In this document: positions 1 through 9,800 of the stretch, piece by piece
How the letters are laid out: the number at the start of each line of letters is the position of its first letter
How positions within the stretch are numbered: position 1 is the first letter of the stretch
Program-made: the position numbers and the translations under genes
Virus record (IMG/VR): IMGVR_UViG_3300032342_000007
Location: 1 to 56,047 of that record
Reading direction: 5' to 3' (one strand)
Source: a virus
Lineage: Duplodnaviria; Caudoviricetes
Length of the DNA stretch: 56,047 nt
Notes under the pieces: generated by a model
Told to the model about the DNA's origin: nothing
Databases searched by the model: none
The model's input: only the letters and a program-made list of their open reading frames with translations

Positions 1-1723
1 AGCAGAAGACCCGATTCTCGTAGAGGGCGGTCTTCAAGTTCTCGTAAGGCTCCATCGAGGTATCGACGGAAACCATCTCCGCGTTGTAGCCCTTCATTTG
101 AAGCTGCTGAAGCGTGTCGCGAGACTGGAACGAGTCGAGAGAAACGTTGTTGATGGTGTACCCATGCGCGCTCAGCTCGTAGATGAGGCGTCGAATGTCG
201 CCAAGGATGATTTCGTCTCCGGCAGGCGGCACCACCTGAAGAATGAGATCCACCACGTAGACCGGGGCGCGCTCCATGTACTGACCCTGATCGGAACGAC
301 GAATCACGTCCTTCCAGCCGGAGATGTGGCTCATGCAGAACCCCAGCGCGTCGTTGCGCAGCGCGGGGTCGATGTGAACGTGCCGATGGGCTGTCGGATT
401 GATGATGGGCTTGTTGAGAATGGCCGAAACACCGGCAGGCCCCCGGTCCTCGGTCATCCGAATCATCTTCTCCCAAAGGAAGGTGCCTCCCTTTGAGGGG
501 TCGTAGTTGTACGTGGAGAACGGGTGGCGCTTGTCGCCGAAGAGCCTCTTGTCCTGTTCGACAGCCTCGTGGATCTTCTCTCGCCGCTGAATGAACGGAC
601 TGATGGACACGGTCGCACAGCCAGCAAGGTCGCGGATGGAGCCTTCGAGGTCGCTCTCGAAGTCCGACCGAAAGTCCTCGGGTACATCGAGCACCACCGT
701 GTTCTCGGGCGGCTTGGCGCGCACAACGGCGACTTCCTCCGCGTCGAGAATCTTGGACGGCGTCTGCTCGTTACCAACGAGCACCTGAAACTTCACGGCT
801 GAGAAATTCTCCGGCTTCACATCCCAGAGCGCGTAGTCGCGCACGAACACCGTGGAGTCCTCGCGCGCCGCGCGCACGCGACGGGCGGTGAAGTCGTCGT
901 TCGTCTTCTTTGACGAGACGACGAACAGCATCCCCGGCAGCTTCCCTTTGCGCTGGAAGCGGGACTTCATGCGGCGTTGGACCGAGTTGTAGATGACCTC
1001 GGCGTGGTCCACGTAGCCCATGCGCGCAGCTTCCTTGCCCTTGGTGGGCATGAAGTTGGTTTCGTCGAGCAGGGCGGAAACGGCGTTCAAGCCGAGTGCA
1101 GAGGTGTCGGTCGTGGCGCGAGCCGCGACCCAGACGTTGTGCGGAAAGCGCAGCTCCTTCTTGGTGGGCGTGAACGCGAAGTTCTTCTGGAAGTACGGAC
1201 TCGCTTTGATTTTGGTCGCGATGTTCTCGAACGCGACCTTCACTGCGAGCACTTCGTTCACGGAGAGACAGATGACCGCGATGTTCGAGTCCTTGGCGAG
1301 GCTGAAGGTGGCGTGCGGGTCACGCAGGCAGGAAATCTCGTACAGCACCCGGCAAACGCCGATGCTGGCGGCGAACGTTTTTCCGTAGCCGATGGAACCG
1401 GTCCAGACCGACTCGTGATACCCGCCGGAGAACAGCTCCGTCAGGTCGTCAAGCAACCTCGGGTAGATGCCCTCGCAGGTGTGACCAAGGAAGTAGGGGT
1501 CCTTGATGAACTGCTCCATGTCCACTGGCTGCGTCTTGTACTCGGACTTGTGCAGCGCCTCGTAGAGCCCGCCTTTGACCTGCCCCTCCTTCAGCTCTTC
1601 CATCAACACCTGAAGGGCGGCCCGCTCCTCAGCATCGAGCCCCGCCATCTCCTTCTGGAGCAGCTCTTCGACTTCCTCGACGGTGCGCTGACTGCGACTG
1701 CGACCGCCGCTCTCGTGAATCAA
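1..1723 (-). CDS. terL: Terminase large subunit (partial; 3' end runs off the left edge)
   Basis: Manual translation from a TTG at 1723 that overlaps the upstream TGA. Walker A VWTGSIGYGKT, Walker B ALLDETNF, RNase H-like nuclease motif HVHIDPALRNDALGF, and SLDSFQS. No stop inside the window, so it is missing from the ORF track. Confidence 0.9.
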   Translation of the reverse strand, partial: MIHESGGRSRSQRTVEEVEELLQKEMAGLDAEERAALQVLMEELKEGQVKGGLYEALHKSEYKTQPVDMEQFIKDPYFLGHTCEGIYPRLLDDLTELFSGGYHESVWTGSIGYGKTFAASIGVCRVLYEISCLRDPHATFSLAKDSNIAVICLSVNEVLAVKVAFENIATKIKASPYFQKNFAFTPTKKELRFPHNVWVAARATTDTSALGLNAVSALLDETNFMPTKGKEAARMGYVDHAEVIYNSVQRRMKSRFQRKGKLPGMLFVVSSKKTNDDFTARRVRAAREDSTVFVRDYALWDVKPENFSAVKFQVLVGNEQTPSKILDAEEVAVVRAKPPENTVVLDVPEDFRSDFESDLEGSIRDLAGCATVSISPFIQRREKIHEAVEQDKRLFGDKRHPFSTYNYDPSKGGTFLWEKMIRMTEDRGPAGVSAILNKPIINPTAHRHVHIDPALRNDALGFCMSHISGWKDVIRRSDQGQYMERAPVYVVDLILQVVPPAGDEIILGDIRRLIYELSAHGYTINNVSLDSFQSRDTLQQLQMKGYNAEMVSVDTSMEPYENLKTALYENRVFC

Positions 1724-2469
1724 GGCGCGTCCTCGGCAGAACCCAGCTCGACCTCGGCTTCATCGGGAGAGTTTTCCTCCACCCGCTCGGAAACGGTGAT
1801 GTCCACTCCCGCCTTGCCTGCCGCGAGGGAGAGAAAGCGTTCCGCGATGCCGAGCAGCTTACGACGGGACTCCGGACTCGTCAGCGTCTTCCCGACGGAC
1901 TCGTCGTAGCGCTTCGTCACGTCCGTCATGATTTGCGCATCGACCTCCATCTTGCCGAGGTGTCGCTCGTTCAATCCGAGATCCATCTTGAGTTTCGCGA
2001 TGTCCGCCAGAATCTCCCGCCCGGCGCGCATCTCCTGCGTCATCGAGGGCATGAGCTTGTTGATGCCCTTCTCGGTCTTGAAGTCGATCTCGATGCGCTC
2101 CAACTGCATGGCGTAGAGCTTCTCCATCTCCGCCAGCTCATCGAGGCCAACCCTCACCCGCTCAGCCGCCGCCGCGACCACGCGCGGAACTTTGGCAGCC
2201 AGTACAGTGGGCGGCAGACTCAGGCGGTAGTCGGTGAGGACCGAAGTCAGGCTCGGGAGCCCCACGTCTTTGTACTCCCCCATCTCGTTCTGAATGTACT
2301 CGGCCACGACGTAGGCTTGCGTCCCCTCAGCGATGCGCTGGTGGACCTCGGGAAAGCAGTTCAGAGAGCGGAGCCGAACGAACCGGGTTTCGCGGGAGAT
2401 TGGTCGGATACGGTTTTTGCGTGCGGAGCCCATTGCGAAGAGGGTACCAGCAGGATCGAGCTTGTCCAA
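1720..2469 (-). CDS. Putative terminase small subunit
   Basis: Helical/coiled-coil protein directly upstream of terL and coupled to it by a TTGA overlap. Call is by position only; the true start may be the ATG near 2433. Confidence 0.55.
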   Translation of the reverse strand: MDKLDPAGTLFAMGSARKNRIRPISRETRFVRLRSLNCFPEVHQRIAEGTQAYVVAEYIQNEMGEYKDVGLPSLTSVLTDYRLSLPPTVLAAKVPRVVAAAAERVRVGLDELAEMEKLYAMQLERIEIDFKTEKGINKLMPSMTQEMRAGREILADIAKLKMDLGLNERHLGKMEVDAQIMTDVTKRYDESVGKTLTSPESRRKLLGIAERFLSLAAGKAGVDITVSERVEENSPDEAEVELGSAEDAP

Positions 2470-2539
2470 GAGACTACGGACCGTGCGGTCCTATGGAAAT
2501 CTCTACGGGCCACTCAAGCCGTCTTAACTCCAGCAGAAA

Positions 2540-4396
2540 TCAGCTCTTGCTCGCCCAACTCGGACCCCCGCCGGTCTCCGCCGTAGCCGGTACCCGCTTC
2601 ATCATTGGGGCCATGCCTTCAATCATCGCTTCCTCGACCTGCTTCTGGACGTGCTTGGAGAACTCCGGGCCTTCGGCGCGATGCTGAACCACGTTCTCGT
2701 CGTGGACCATGTGAACCATGCCAACGCGCGCACCCTTCTCCAAGAGCACCTTGCCCCCGCTCATCGCCTTGCAGCGCTTGTAGACAAGGGGAAGGCTGTT
2801 CTTGAGACCGTCCGCGCCCGAGCCCTGCACAGGAGAGTTGAAGAACGCGTTGTGCTCCGTCTCCGGGTCCAAGAAGCGACGCCGACCCCAGATGGTCCAT
2901 GCCGCTTTCTGTCGCTTCGCGTCTCGAATCGCCTTGGTGTGCCAGTCCTCGACGCCGCTGTACGCCTCAAACCACTTGCGCCGGAACTTGATGGCCTGCC
3001 CTTCGGAGAGGGTCACGCCGTAGCCCGCGCGCGCGTAGAGCACCAGCTTGGGGGCCTGCATCCCGTAGATGAACCCGAAGTTGACCGGCTTCGCTTGTTG
3101 GCGTTGGTCCTTGGAGACCAGCGGCTGCTCGATGCCTGAGAGCAGAGAGGCGGTCACCCGGTGGGCATCGTCCTTGCCCGGCCCAGCGTTGAAAACCGCG
3201 ATGAGGCGCTTGTCCCCGCTGATTTCAGCGACCAGCCGCATCTCGATGTTCGAATAGTCGGCGATGGCCAGCTCGTAACCCTCACCCGCTACGAAGCAAG
3301 CGCGGAAGTCTTTGTCGCGGGGAATCTGCTGAAGGTTCGGCTTGGAAGACGAGTAGCGGCCTGCGCCAGTGAACGGCCAGAACTCGGTGTGGATGCGACC
3401 GGTCTTCGGGTTGACGTGGTTGAGGTACTTCGCACCGAATGATTTCACGCGCTGTGCGACACCTCGGTACTCGATGAACTTCTCGATGATGGGGTGAGAA
3501 GCGGCCAACATCGCCAGCGTCATCTCCTTGGTATCTTGCAGCTTGACGGTGTGGATCTGGTTCGACTCAGGGTCTCGAATTTTCTGCGTGACGCCCATCC
3601 GCCGCATCGACTCCAACACCTGCTCTGGTGAGTCGAGGTTGAAGCGATGCTTCCGTGAGGCGGCAATCATCCCCGGAAATACGAGCTGATTGAACGGGCT
3701 GGGAAGCTCCGCCAGAAGCAGCGCTTCGAGCGCGCGGGCGCGCCCGGCATTGGTGAGAGCGAGCTTCTTCCACTTCTCTTGATCGATTCCAAAACCGTTC
3801 AGCTCGATAGCCGCTTCCGGGAGAATGGCGTTGAACTCGATGACAGCGACGCGAACGAGGTTCTGCGCGATGAGCTTTGCGCGCAAGGAATCACGTAGCG
3901 CCGGAAGGTGCGTGATGTCCTCCGCCGCGTAGTCGATTTGGTCTTTCGTCAGCTCGGGAAGCGTCCAGTCCGAGCCACCCAATTCGGGGGCCTCGGGACC
4001 GATGTTCAGCTCGCGCCGATAGAGCGAGTACAGGTCGTGACCGACGTGCTTGTACCCGTTGTAGAGAAGGTTCGAGGCGCGGAAGGTGTCGAACACACGC
4101 TTCAGTTCGAGGTCGAAGTGCCAGAGAAGCCACTTCTGATCGAACTTGAGGTTCTGCCCGATGGTGAGGCCCGCCGTCTTGTCGAGCGCCTCAACGACCG
4201 GCCCCAGAGTGCCCGTCTTGAACAGGTCAATGACGTAGCGCCCTACCCCGGTGTTGATGGAGCAAAGGCGAACGAGCCCATCGCGGGGGTTCAACGCGGT
4301 GGTTTCAAGGTCGAGCGCGTGCCAAGGCTGCGCCTCTACCTCTCGGGCAATTCGCCCGAGCGCTTCAGCCGACGTGACGTAATCATAGCTAAGCAA
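2540..4396 (-). CDS. polA: Family A DNA polymerase with 3'-5' exonuclease
   Basis: ExoI LDLETT, ExoII QNLKFD, ExoIII YAAED; GRYSSSKPNLQQIP; motif A ADYSNIEMR; motif B RQQAKPVNFGFIYG; motif C VHDE. No 5'-3' exonuclease domain. Confidence 0.96.
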   Translation of the reverse strand: MLSYDYVTSAEALGRIAREVEAQPWHALDLETTALNPRDGLVRLCSINTGVGRYVIDLFKTGTLGPVVEALDKTAGLTIGQNLKFDQKWLLWHFDLELKRVFDTFRASNLLYNGYKHVGHDLYSLYRRELNIGPEAPELGGSDWTLPELTKDQIDYAAEDITHLPALRDSLRAKLIAQNLVRVAVIEFNAILPEAAIELNGFGIDQEKWKKLALTNAGRARALEALLLAELPSPFNQLVFPGMIAASRKHRFNLDSPEQVLESMRRMGVTQKIRDPESNQIHTVKLQDTKEMTLAMLAASHPIIEKFIEYRGVAQRVKSFGAKYLNHVNPKTGRIHTEFWPFTGAGRYSSSKPNLQQIPRDKDFRACFVAGEGYELAIADYSNIEMRLVAEISGDKRLIAVFNAGPGKDDAHRVTASLLSGIEQPLVSKDQRQQAKPVNFGFIYGMQAPKLVLYARAGYGVTLSEGQAIKFRRKWFEAYSGVEDWHTKAIRDAKRQKAAWTIWGRRRFLDPETEHNAFFNSPVQGSGADGLKNSLPLVYKRCKAMSGGKVLLEKGARVGMVHMVHDENVVQHRAEGPEFSKHVQKQVEEAMIEGMAPMMKRVPATAETGGGPSWASKS

Positions 4397-4421
4397 CCAG
4401 CCCCCTCAGCGCGGCGGTTGC

Positions 4422-5093
4422 CTACTTGTTGACGGTCTTCCGACCCAGAGCAGTCAGCCGGTAGCTCCCCGGCACAGGCTTCTCCACCAGTCCGCCTCGG
4501 ACGGGCCGCCGCAGGCTGTTCCGGGCGTGCGAATTCGCCTTCTTCGCCGACACCGTCTTGAACGCTTCAGCCGCGAGCGACTCGATGGTGCGAACCTCGC
4601 GGTCACCCTTCAGCTCGAAGCACCCGAGCAACAGCTTCTCCTTCTTGTTCAGGTCTTCGAACGTGAGTTCCTTGATGGCAGGCCCTGACTGACCCGAGAC
4701 GGGCTTGTGCTTGTGCTTGTGCTTCGCCGTGGCGGCAGTCTTCGCGCCCGTCCGCGCGGTCTTCGCCGATTTCGCGCGCTTCGTGTACTTCCGCTTCTGC
4801 TTCTTCGGCGCGGCTTCCTCCGAAGCAACCAGCTTCAGCTTCGCGCGCTTCGTGTACTTCCGCTTCTGCTTCTTCGGCGCGTCGTCTTTCTCCGCAGCCG
4901 CTTCAGCTTTCGCTTCCGCCTTAGCTTCTGCCTTCGCCTCGGTCGCGGCGACCTTCGCGACAACCTGCGCCTCCGCCTCCGGGGCGAGAAGCGTCGCCGC
5001 AGCGTGGTCCATACCCTTGGACCTCAGCAGCGCCGCTGCTTTCTCCAGCTCCGCCGAAAGTGAACCGATGGTCTGTCCGTCCGTGTTGCTCAT
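4422..5093 (-). CDS. Histone H1-like Lys/Ala-rich DNA-binding protein with C-terminal winged helix
   Basis: AKAE repeats, duplicated APKKQKRKYTKRAK, KHKHKHK. The C-terminal GLVEKPVPGSYRLTALGR resembles a wHTH wing. ATG at 5093 follows GAGG. Confidence 0.6.
   Translation of the reverse strand: MSNTDGQTIGSLSAELEKAAALLRSKGMDHAAATLLAPEAEAQVVAKVAATEAKAEAKAEAKAEAAAEKDDAPKKQKRKYTKRAKLKLVASEEAAPKKQKRKYTKRAKSAKTARTGAKTAATAKHKHKHKPVSGQSGPAIKELTFEDLNKKEKLLLGCFELKGDREVRTIESLAAEAFKTVSAKKANSHARNSLRRPVRGGLVEKPVPGSYRLTALGRKTVNK
4771..4880. repeat. ~41-bp direct repeat encoding APKKQKRKYTKRAK twice
   Basis: ttcgcgcgcttcgtgtacttccgcttctgcttcttcggcgc occurs at ~4771 and ~4840. Confidence 0.9.
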
Positions 5094-5276
5094 GGCTGTC
5101 ATCCTCATAGGGGCGCTGTTCGCCCACGCTGGTAAGATCTACGTTCTTGGTTGACCGTAACAACGCAGATCGGGATAGTCAACCCGCCGAACCGTCGCCA
5201 CGTACCTACTACTTCCTCGCCGCTTTTGGGACCATCTTTTTTCGTCAAAAGGAGTGGTGCAACTCCGGCGAAATTC

Positions 5277-5492
5277 TTACGGGTTCGGAACGCCCGTCTC
5301 GCCGTCAACCGGGTCCATCACCGGGTCCACCATCCCGGTTTCGCGGGTGTGCAGGTCCGGCAACCGATCGAGCGCGGCGAGTTCTGAAGCGAGGTTGGTA
5401 GCGACCTCCTTCCAGAAGGCGATGTCCTCAGGCGGAAACTCTTCGAGCGGAATGCGCTCGATCTTGTCCTCGACCCTGTCAGGATTCTTCAC
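5277..5492 (-). CDS. Small acidic protein; candidate antitoxin for the upstream zeta kinase
   Basis: 71 aa, D/E-rich, GTGA overlap with the zeta gene stop. Function is inferred from position. Confidence 0.5.
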   Translation of the reverse strand: MKNPDRVEDKIERIPLEEFPPEDIAFWKEVATNLASELAALDRLPDLHTRETGMVDPVMDPVDGETGVPNP

Positions 5493-6883
5493 GGAATCTC
5501 CGTCGCTTTCTGGGATTGCACCACGCGCTCGAAGTAGCTCGCATCTCCGTAGTGCTGCTTCACCGCCCCTCCCACGCGTGACTGACTGAAAATCAGCCTC
5601 GGGGTGAAGCCTCCGCGCTCGTCCGGCGCGACGTGGGAATCCATCAGCGCCATCGTGTTCACCTCAGGGATAGCCATCAGCGCCTTGAAGTTGCGCGGGA
5701 GAACTTCATGAAGATGCTTGGTTCGAGGCGGAGGAATGAACCTCATGTTCTTGTGCCCCCGAGCTTCGCTGCGGAGAAGAAGCTCATCCTCGTCCTCGAC
5801 GTACGCCATGACGAGATTGATCTTGTAGCCGCGCTTCCCACTCGGCAGCTTCTTGAGATTGGGAATGAGCGTCTCCAGCATCCACTTCAAGTTCGCGCCC
5901 GTACCGGAGAGCACAAAATTGCAGTGACGCTTCTTGGCCTCTTCGATCAACCGGTTGTTCATCTGCAACGCCTCGTCAACAACGGAGGTCGCACCACTTC
6001 GCGTCTTCAAACGCGCCGCTTCCTGAAACTCTGGCAAGCGAACGACAATCTCGTCCGGGTCCAGCGTCGCCGAGTTGTGGTACTGGTTCCCTTGATGGGT
6101 GGACTTCCCTGCGGCAGGAGGCCCCATGATGAAAGTGAAAGTGGGCTCTTCGTCATCCGGAACCGGGGTGACACCCTTGAACGCCTCGGCGCGCACGTCG
6201 TCCAGCACCGCCTCCTGCATCTTCAGCCGTTCCGGAGTCCAAGAAACGGTGGCAGGGTTGAAATACTTCTCCTTCGTGCTCTTGGGGATGCTCGGATGCG
6301 TATCCACCCAGCCGGACTCAGCCGGGGTTGCGCCTTGATGCCAGCGTCCGGTGAACTCGGAGCCCACCTTGCGCCACGAATGGTCCGCCTGCTTCTGGAA
6401 ATCTCCAGTCCTCCACCTGTGAATGGCTCCAACCTCAGCCTCAACCCCGCGCGTCTCCAGAAAAACGTGGTCCATGCGACGCCAAATCTCTTCGGGCGCA
6501 AGACGGATCTCAGCGGGAGCAACCTCTGCTTCAGATTCGAGATTCTTGAAGTAGGCCCGAAAAAACATCAGAACGTCCAAGTCCTCATCCCAATCCGCAT
6601 CGATCCCGTTCATCGAAAACAGCATCAGCTCCTTCACGTTCTTCAACGACAGCGGCTCGAAAACGCAAAGAGGTCGCCCAGCCTGTGAAGGCAAAAGAGC
6701 AAAGCCACGCGCGCCACGGTCCTCCCAAGCCCCCGCCTCGTAGCGCGTCTGATTGTCGAACGCGTTGCAGTCCCACTCCAACCCGTCCCGCCCAAGTCGC
6801 GGCTTGAACGCAACGTACTTGGTCGGCGGGCCTTTGAGGCGACGCTCCACAACACGATAGAGGTCAAAATCTTCTGGTCGCAT
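5489..6883 (-). CDS. Zeta-toxin-like P-loop kinase with N-terminal extension
   Basis: Walker A MGPPAAGKST, LDPDEI, NFVLSGT, and a lid RSEARG..RFIP, in the order typical of zeta/PezT kinases. Confidence 0.8.
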   Translation of the reverse strand: MRPEDFDLYRVVERRLKGPPTKYVAFKPRLGRDGLEWDCNAFDNQTRYEAGAWEDRGARGFALLPSQAGRPLCVFEPLSLKNVKELMLFSMNGIDADWDEDLDVLMFFRAYFKNLESEAEVAPAEIRLAPEEIWRRMDHVFLETRGVEAEVGAIHRWRTGDFQKQADHSWRKVGSEFTGRWHQGATPAESGWVDTHPSIPKSTKEKYFNPATVSWTPERLKMQEAVLDDVRAEAFKGVTPVPDDEEPTFTFIMGPPAAGKSTHQGNQYHNSATLDPDEIVVRLPEFQEAARLKTRSGATSVVDEALQMNNRLIEEAKKRHCNFVLSGTGANLKWMLETLIPNLKKLPSGKRGYKINLVMAYVEDEDELLLRSEARGHKNMRFIPPPRTKHLHEVLPRNFKALMAIPEVNTMALMDSHVAPDERGGFTPRLIFSQSRVGGAVKQHYGDASYFERVVQSQKATEIP

Positions 6884-9800
6884 CAGAGCCCCATCGGTTT
6901 GACGTACTTGTCGTAAATCTCTTGCGCCGGACCCGACACGACGACAACGAAGTCCTCGATAGGAACGCCATTGACCGAAAGGAAGTTCTGTTTGCGAGCC
7001 TCCTTGATGAGTTCCACGCGGTCACCCTCGTCTTGACACACAATCCGAAGAAGACGAGACGCATGAACCCCATTGAAAAAGTCGGTCTCGTTGGAGCTGG
7101 TCGCGCCTGTATGAGCGTTTCGATACTTGATGATCTCAGGCGTGGTCTGACGATCCTTCCATTGCGCCGAACCACTTCCTTTGCCGAACGAACCGTACGC
7201 ATCTCCCGGAAAACTCATCACGTCAAGGCGATCCAGCTCGTCCGCAGCAAGAATGTACTTGTAGCGACTCGACGTATTGCCCGCGTTGACCGAGGCGAAC
7301 AGGCTGCTAGAGGCGCTGTTGGTCGTAATCAAGCGCCACATGCCGGTCTGCGCCCCACCAGACGCGAGATCTTCGCTCACCGAATTACCGGCAGCGCCGC
7401 CGTGCTGCGAAGAGGCCGTGCCAGACAAGAGCCGTTGATTGATGCCCGACGGCCCACTGTCACGCAGCGCCTGAATGATAAACTTCGGAGTCTTGGCGGA
7501 GGTCTCAAGAAACTTCAGAATCGGCTCGCCATCTGAGCCTTTTGGAAACCCTCGCCAACGGTCTGGTACCACAAAGCTCTTGAGGCCCGGAGTCACCTCG
7601 GTTTCGACCGCCGAAAAGTATTCTGATGGAATCTTGAGGGGCACCTTCTTCGGGTTGCCGTTCATGTCTGTAGCGGGCTTCGGCTCAGAGCTGGAGTTAC
7701 CGGCGTAGTTGTGGGCGAAGGCGTTCTTCACCCTCTCCCGAAGCCCGCCCACTGTGAAATCCTCGGGCTTCAATTCTCGCTCTACGGCCGGAGCGGCGGA
7801 AAACAAGATTTGGTGGAGCTTCTGAATCTCATGATCTTCAGGCGTCGGCTCGTGCAACACCATGTCCCCGAGTCCCGACGACGCCTTGTCGAGAAGCTCT
7901 TTCAAAACGTCAGTGAGCTTCTCATCGGAACCGAGGTCCAGCTCCGCCACCATCTGACCAACAAGCGCGAAGTAGTGCTCATCAGTCACCATTCGGAGCT
8001 TGTGTTTGCCGGAAGTCCACTCGCGCGCTCCCACCTCCAGCGACTCCCCAGCGGTCTTGACGATGGAGTCCGACTCAGCATTGTAGCTACCAATCCAAAA
8101 GCTGTGCTCCGTGTGTTGGCCGGTGTTCGAAAGGGCCTGCCACCCAACCGCCTTGCCGTTCTTGTCTCGCGCGTCCTTTTTGATTTTGAAAGAGACCATC
8201 AGCTTGGTCACGCCTGCTGTGTCCGTCACTCGCTTGATGTTGAGAGTGCCGGTTGAGCCCCAGAGCGCTGGCCCGTCTGTGGGAAACGCTCTGCCGATAA
8301 GACCGAGCTTGGCGGTCTTGGCGTTGTTGATGTCCTTGAAGGACTGCGCGACAGGAAGCGCGGGGGCGTGCGACGGGAAGTAGGACGGCGTCCCTGAGTG
8401 TGGGGCGATTTTGTCGCCAGCGACCACCTCCTGTTCGATTTCGTCAGGAGTGATGGTCTCCTCTGTGGTGATAAAGGCGGCATCGAGGTCCGCCTTGGAC
8501 ACAGGCAAGAAGAACTTGAGCGTACCGTTCTCGGACTTCTTCTCGATGGCGGGACCGAGGGCTTTCAGATTGAACTTGGCGAGGAACGCCTCGACGGCGG
8601 GGAGCCCACCTTCTTTGTACTTGAGGGCTCGCTTCGTCTCGTCCTCGGTCTGCACTCCAGCCGCGTCCTTCACTTTCCACGGACGAATCTTGACGGGCGT
8701 AGAGCCGTTTTCGGAAGACGCGGCGAACTGCTCAGCGGTCGTCTTGATGGTCTTGATGTAGGGCACCGGCTTCGGGGGCTTCGGAGGAAGCGCGCCCGCC
8801 TCAACCCAACCGGTACTGAACATGAACCGACCGTTGGTCCCCGTCTTAACTCGAAGAGCTTCCGTCAGTGTCTGCTCGACTTTGAACTTCGTCGTGTTCT
8901 TGCGATTGATGGCGTCCTGAACGAAGGCGACCTGCATCATCTTGTTGCCGGGGTGAGTTGCTTCAGCCACCGGCCGCACCATCGTGTCGAAGTCCAGCGG
9001 GGAGATTTTGAAGAGGTCGTCGAAAACCCCACCAAGGTTCCCGGCTCCCTGCTGCTCGTTCACCAGCTTTTCCCAAATGGGGTCTGTGTCGGGCCGAACA
9101 ATCGGATCTGTTCCGGAAGGAATGATCCAGTCCAGAACGCCCTTTCTGGCGAGAGTGGCGTCGGTCAACGGACTCGGCGCGTAATTGGTCGCGACTTGGA
9201 GCGCCTTGAGCGCGGTGGCCGCCGCCGCCGCAATCTCTTCCGGCTTCGCCGGGAGCACCACCGTCGGTTCGGGAAAAGAAAACTCCTCGATGGGGGACGA
9301 AACTTGAGGTGCGGGAACGCTCGCAGAAACCGGAGTAGGCTGGGCACCCCAACCGCCGAGCGCCTTGAGCTTCTTCGCGACGTTCTTCACCCGCTTCAGC
9401 GCGGTGTCGTAGTCGGCTCCGGACTCCCACGCGTGCTGCGCCGCCGCGTCTTTGATGTTGTCCTTGTACGCTGCGAGATTCTTGAGCGCCTTGTAGTAGA
9501 CGCTGTTGGTCTTGATTCCGAGCGAGGCCGCGACCTGCTTGATGTTTGTGAACGACGGCGGCGTAAAACCCTCAGGCTTCGGTACGGAGAATTGACCGGG
9601 TTGCGGAGCAAGGGTAACCGGCTTCGGAACTTGGCCAGCAGCGTAGGCCGAGGCAGGTACGAACCCGACGACACCACCGCTCACGACAAACCCAGCAGCG
9701 ACAGCTCGTTTGATGAAATCCTTGACGCGAGTCCCCACCTCCTCGGCCGACAGGAAATTCATGTGCTTCAGCGCCATGTCTTGGAGCTGCACGTCGAGGG

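Noticed and set aside
98-1909. Plus-strand ORFs listed in the track at the left edge
   Set aside because: They lie opposite the terminase large subunit, which the track missed because it has no stop within the window.
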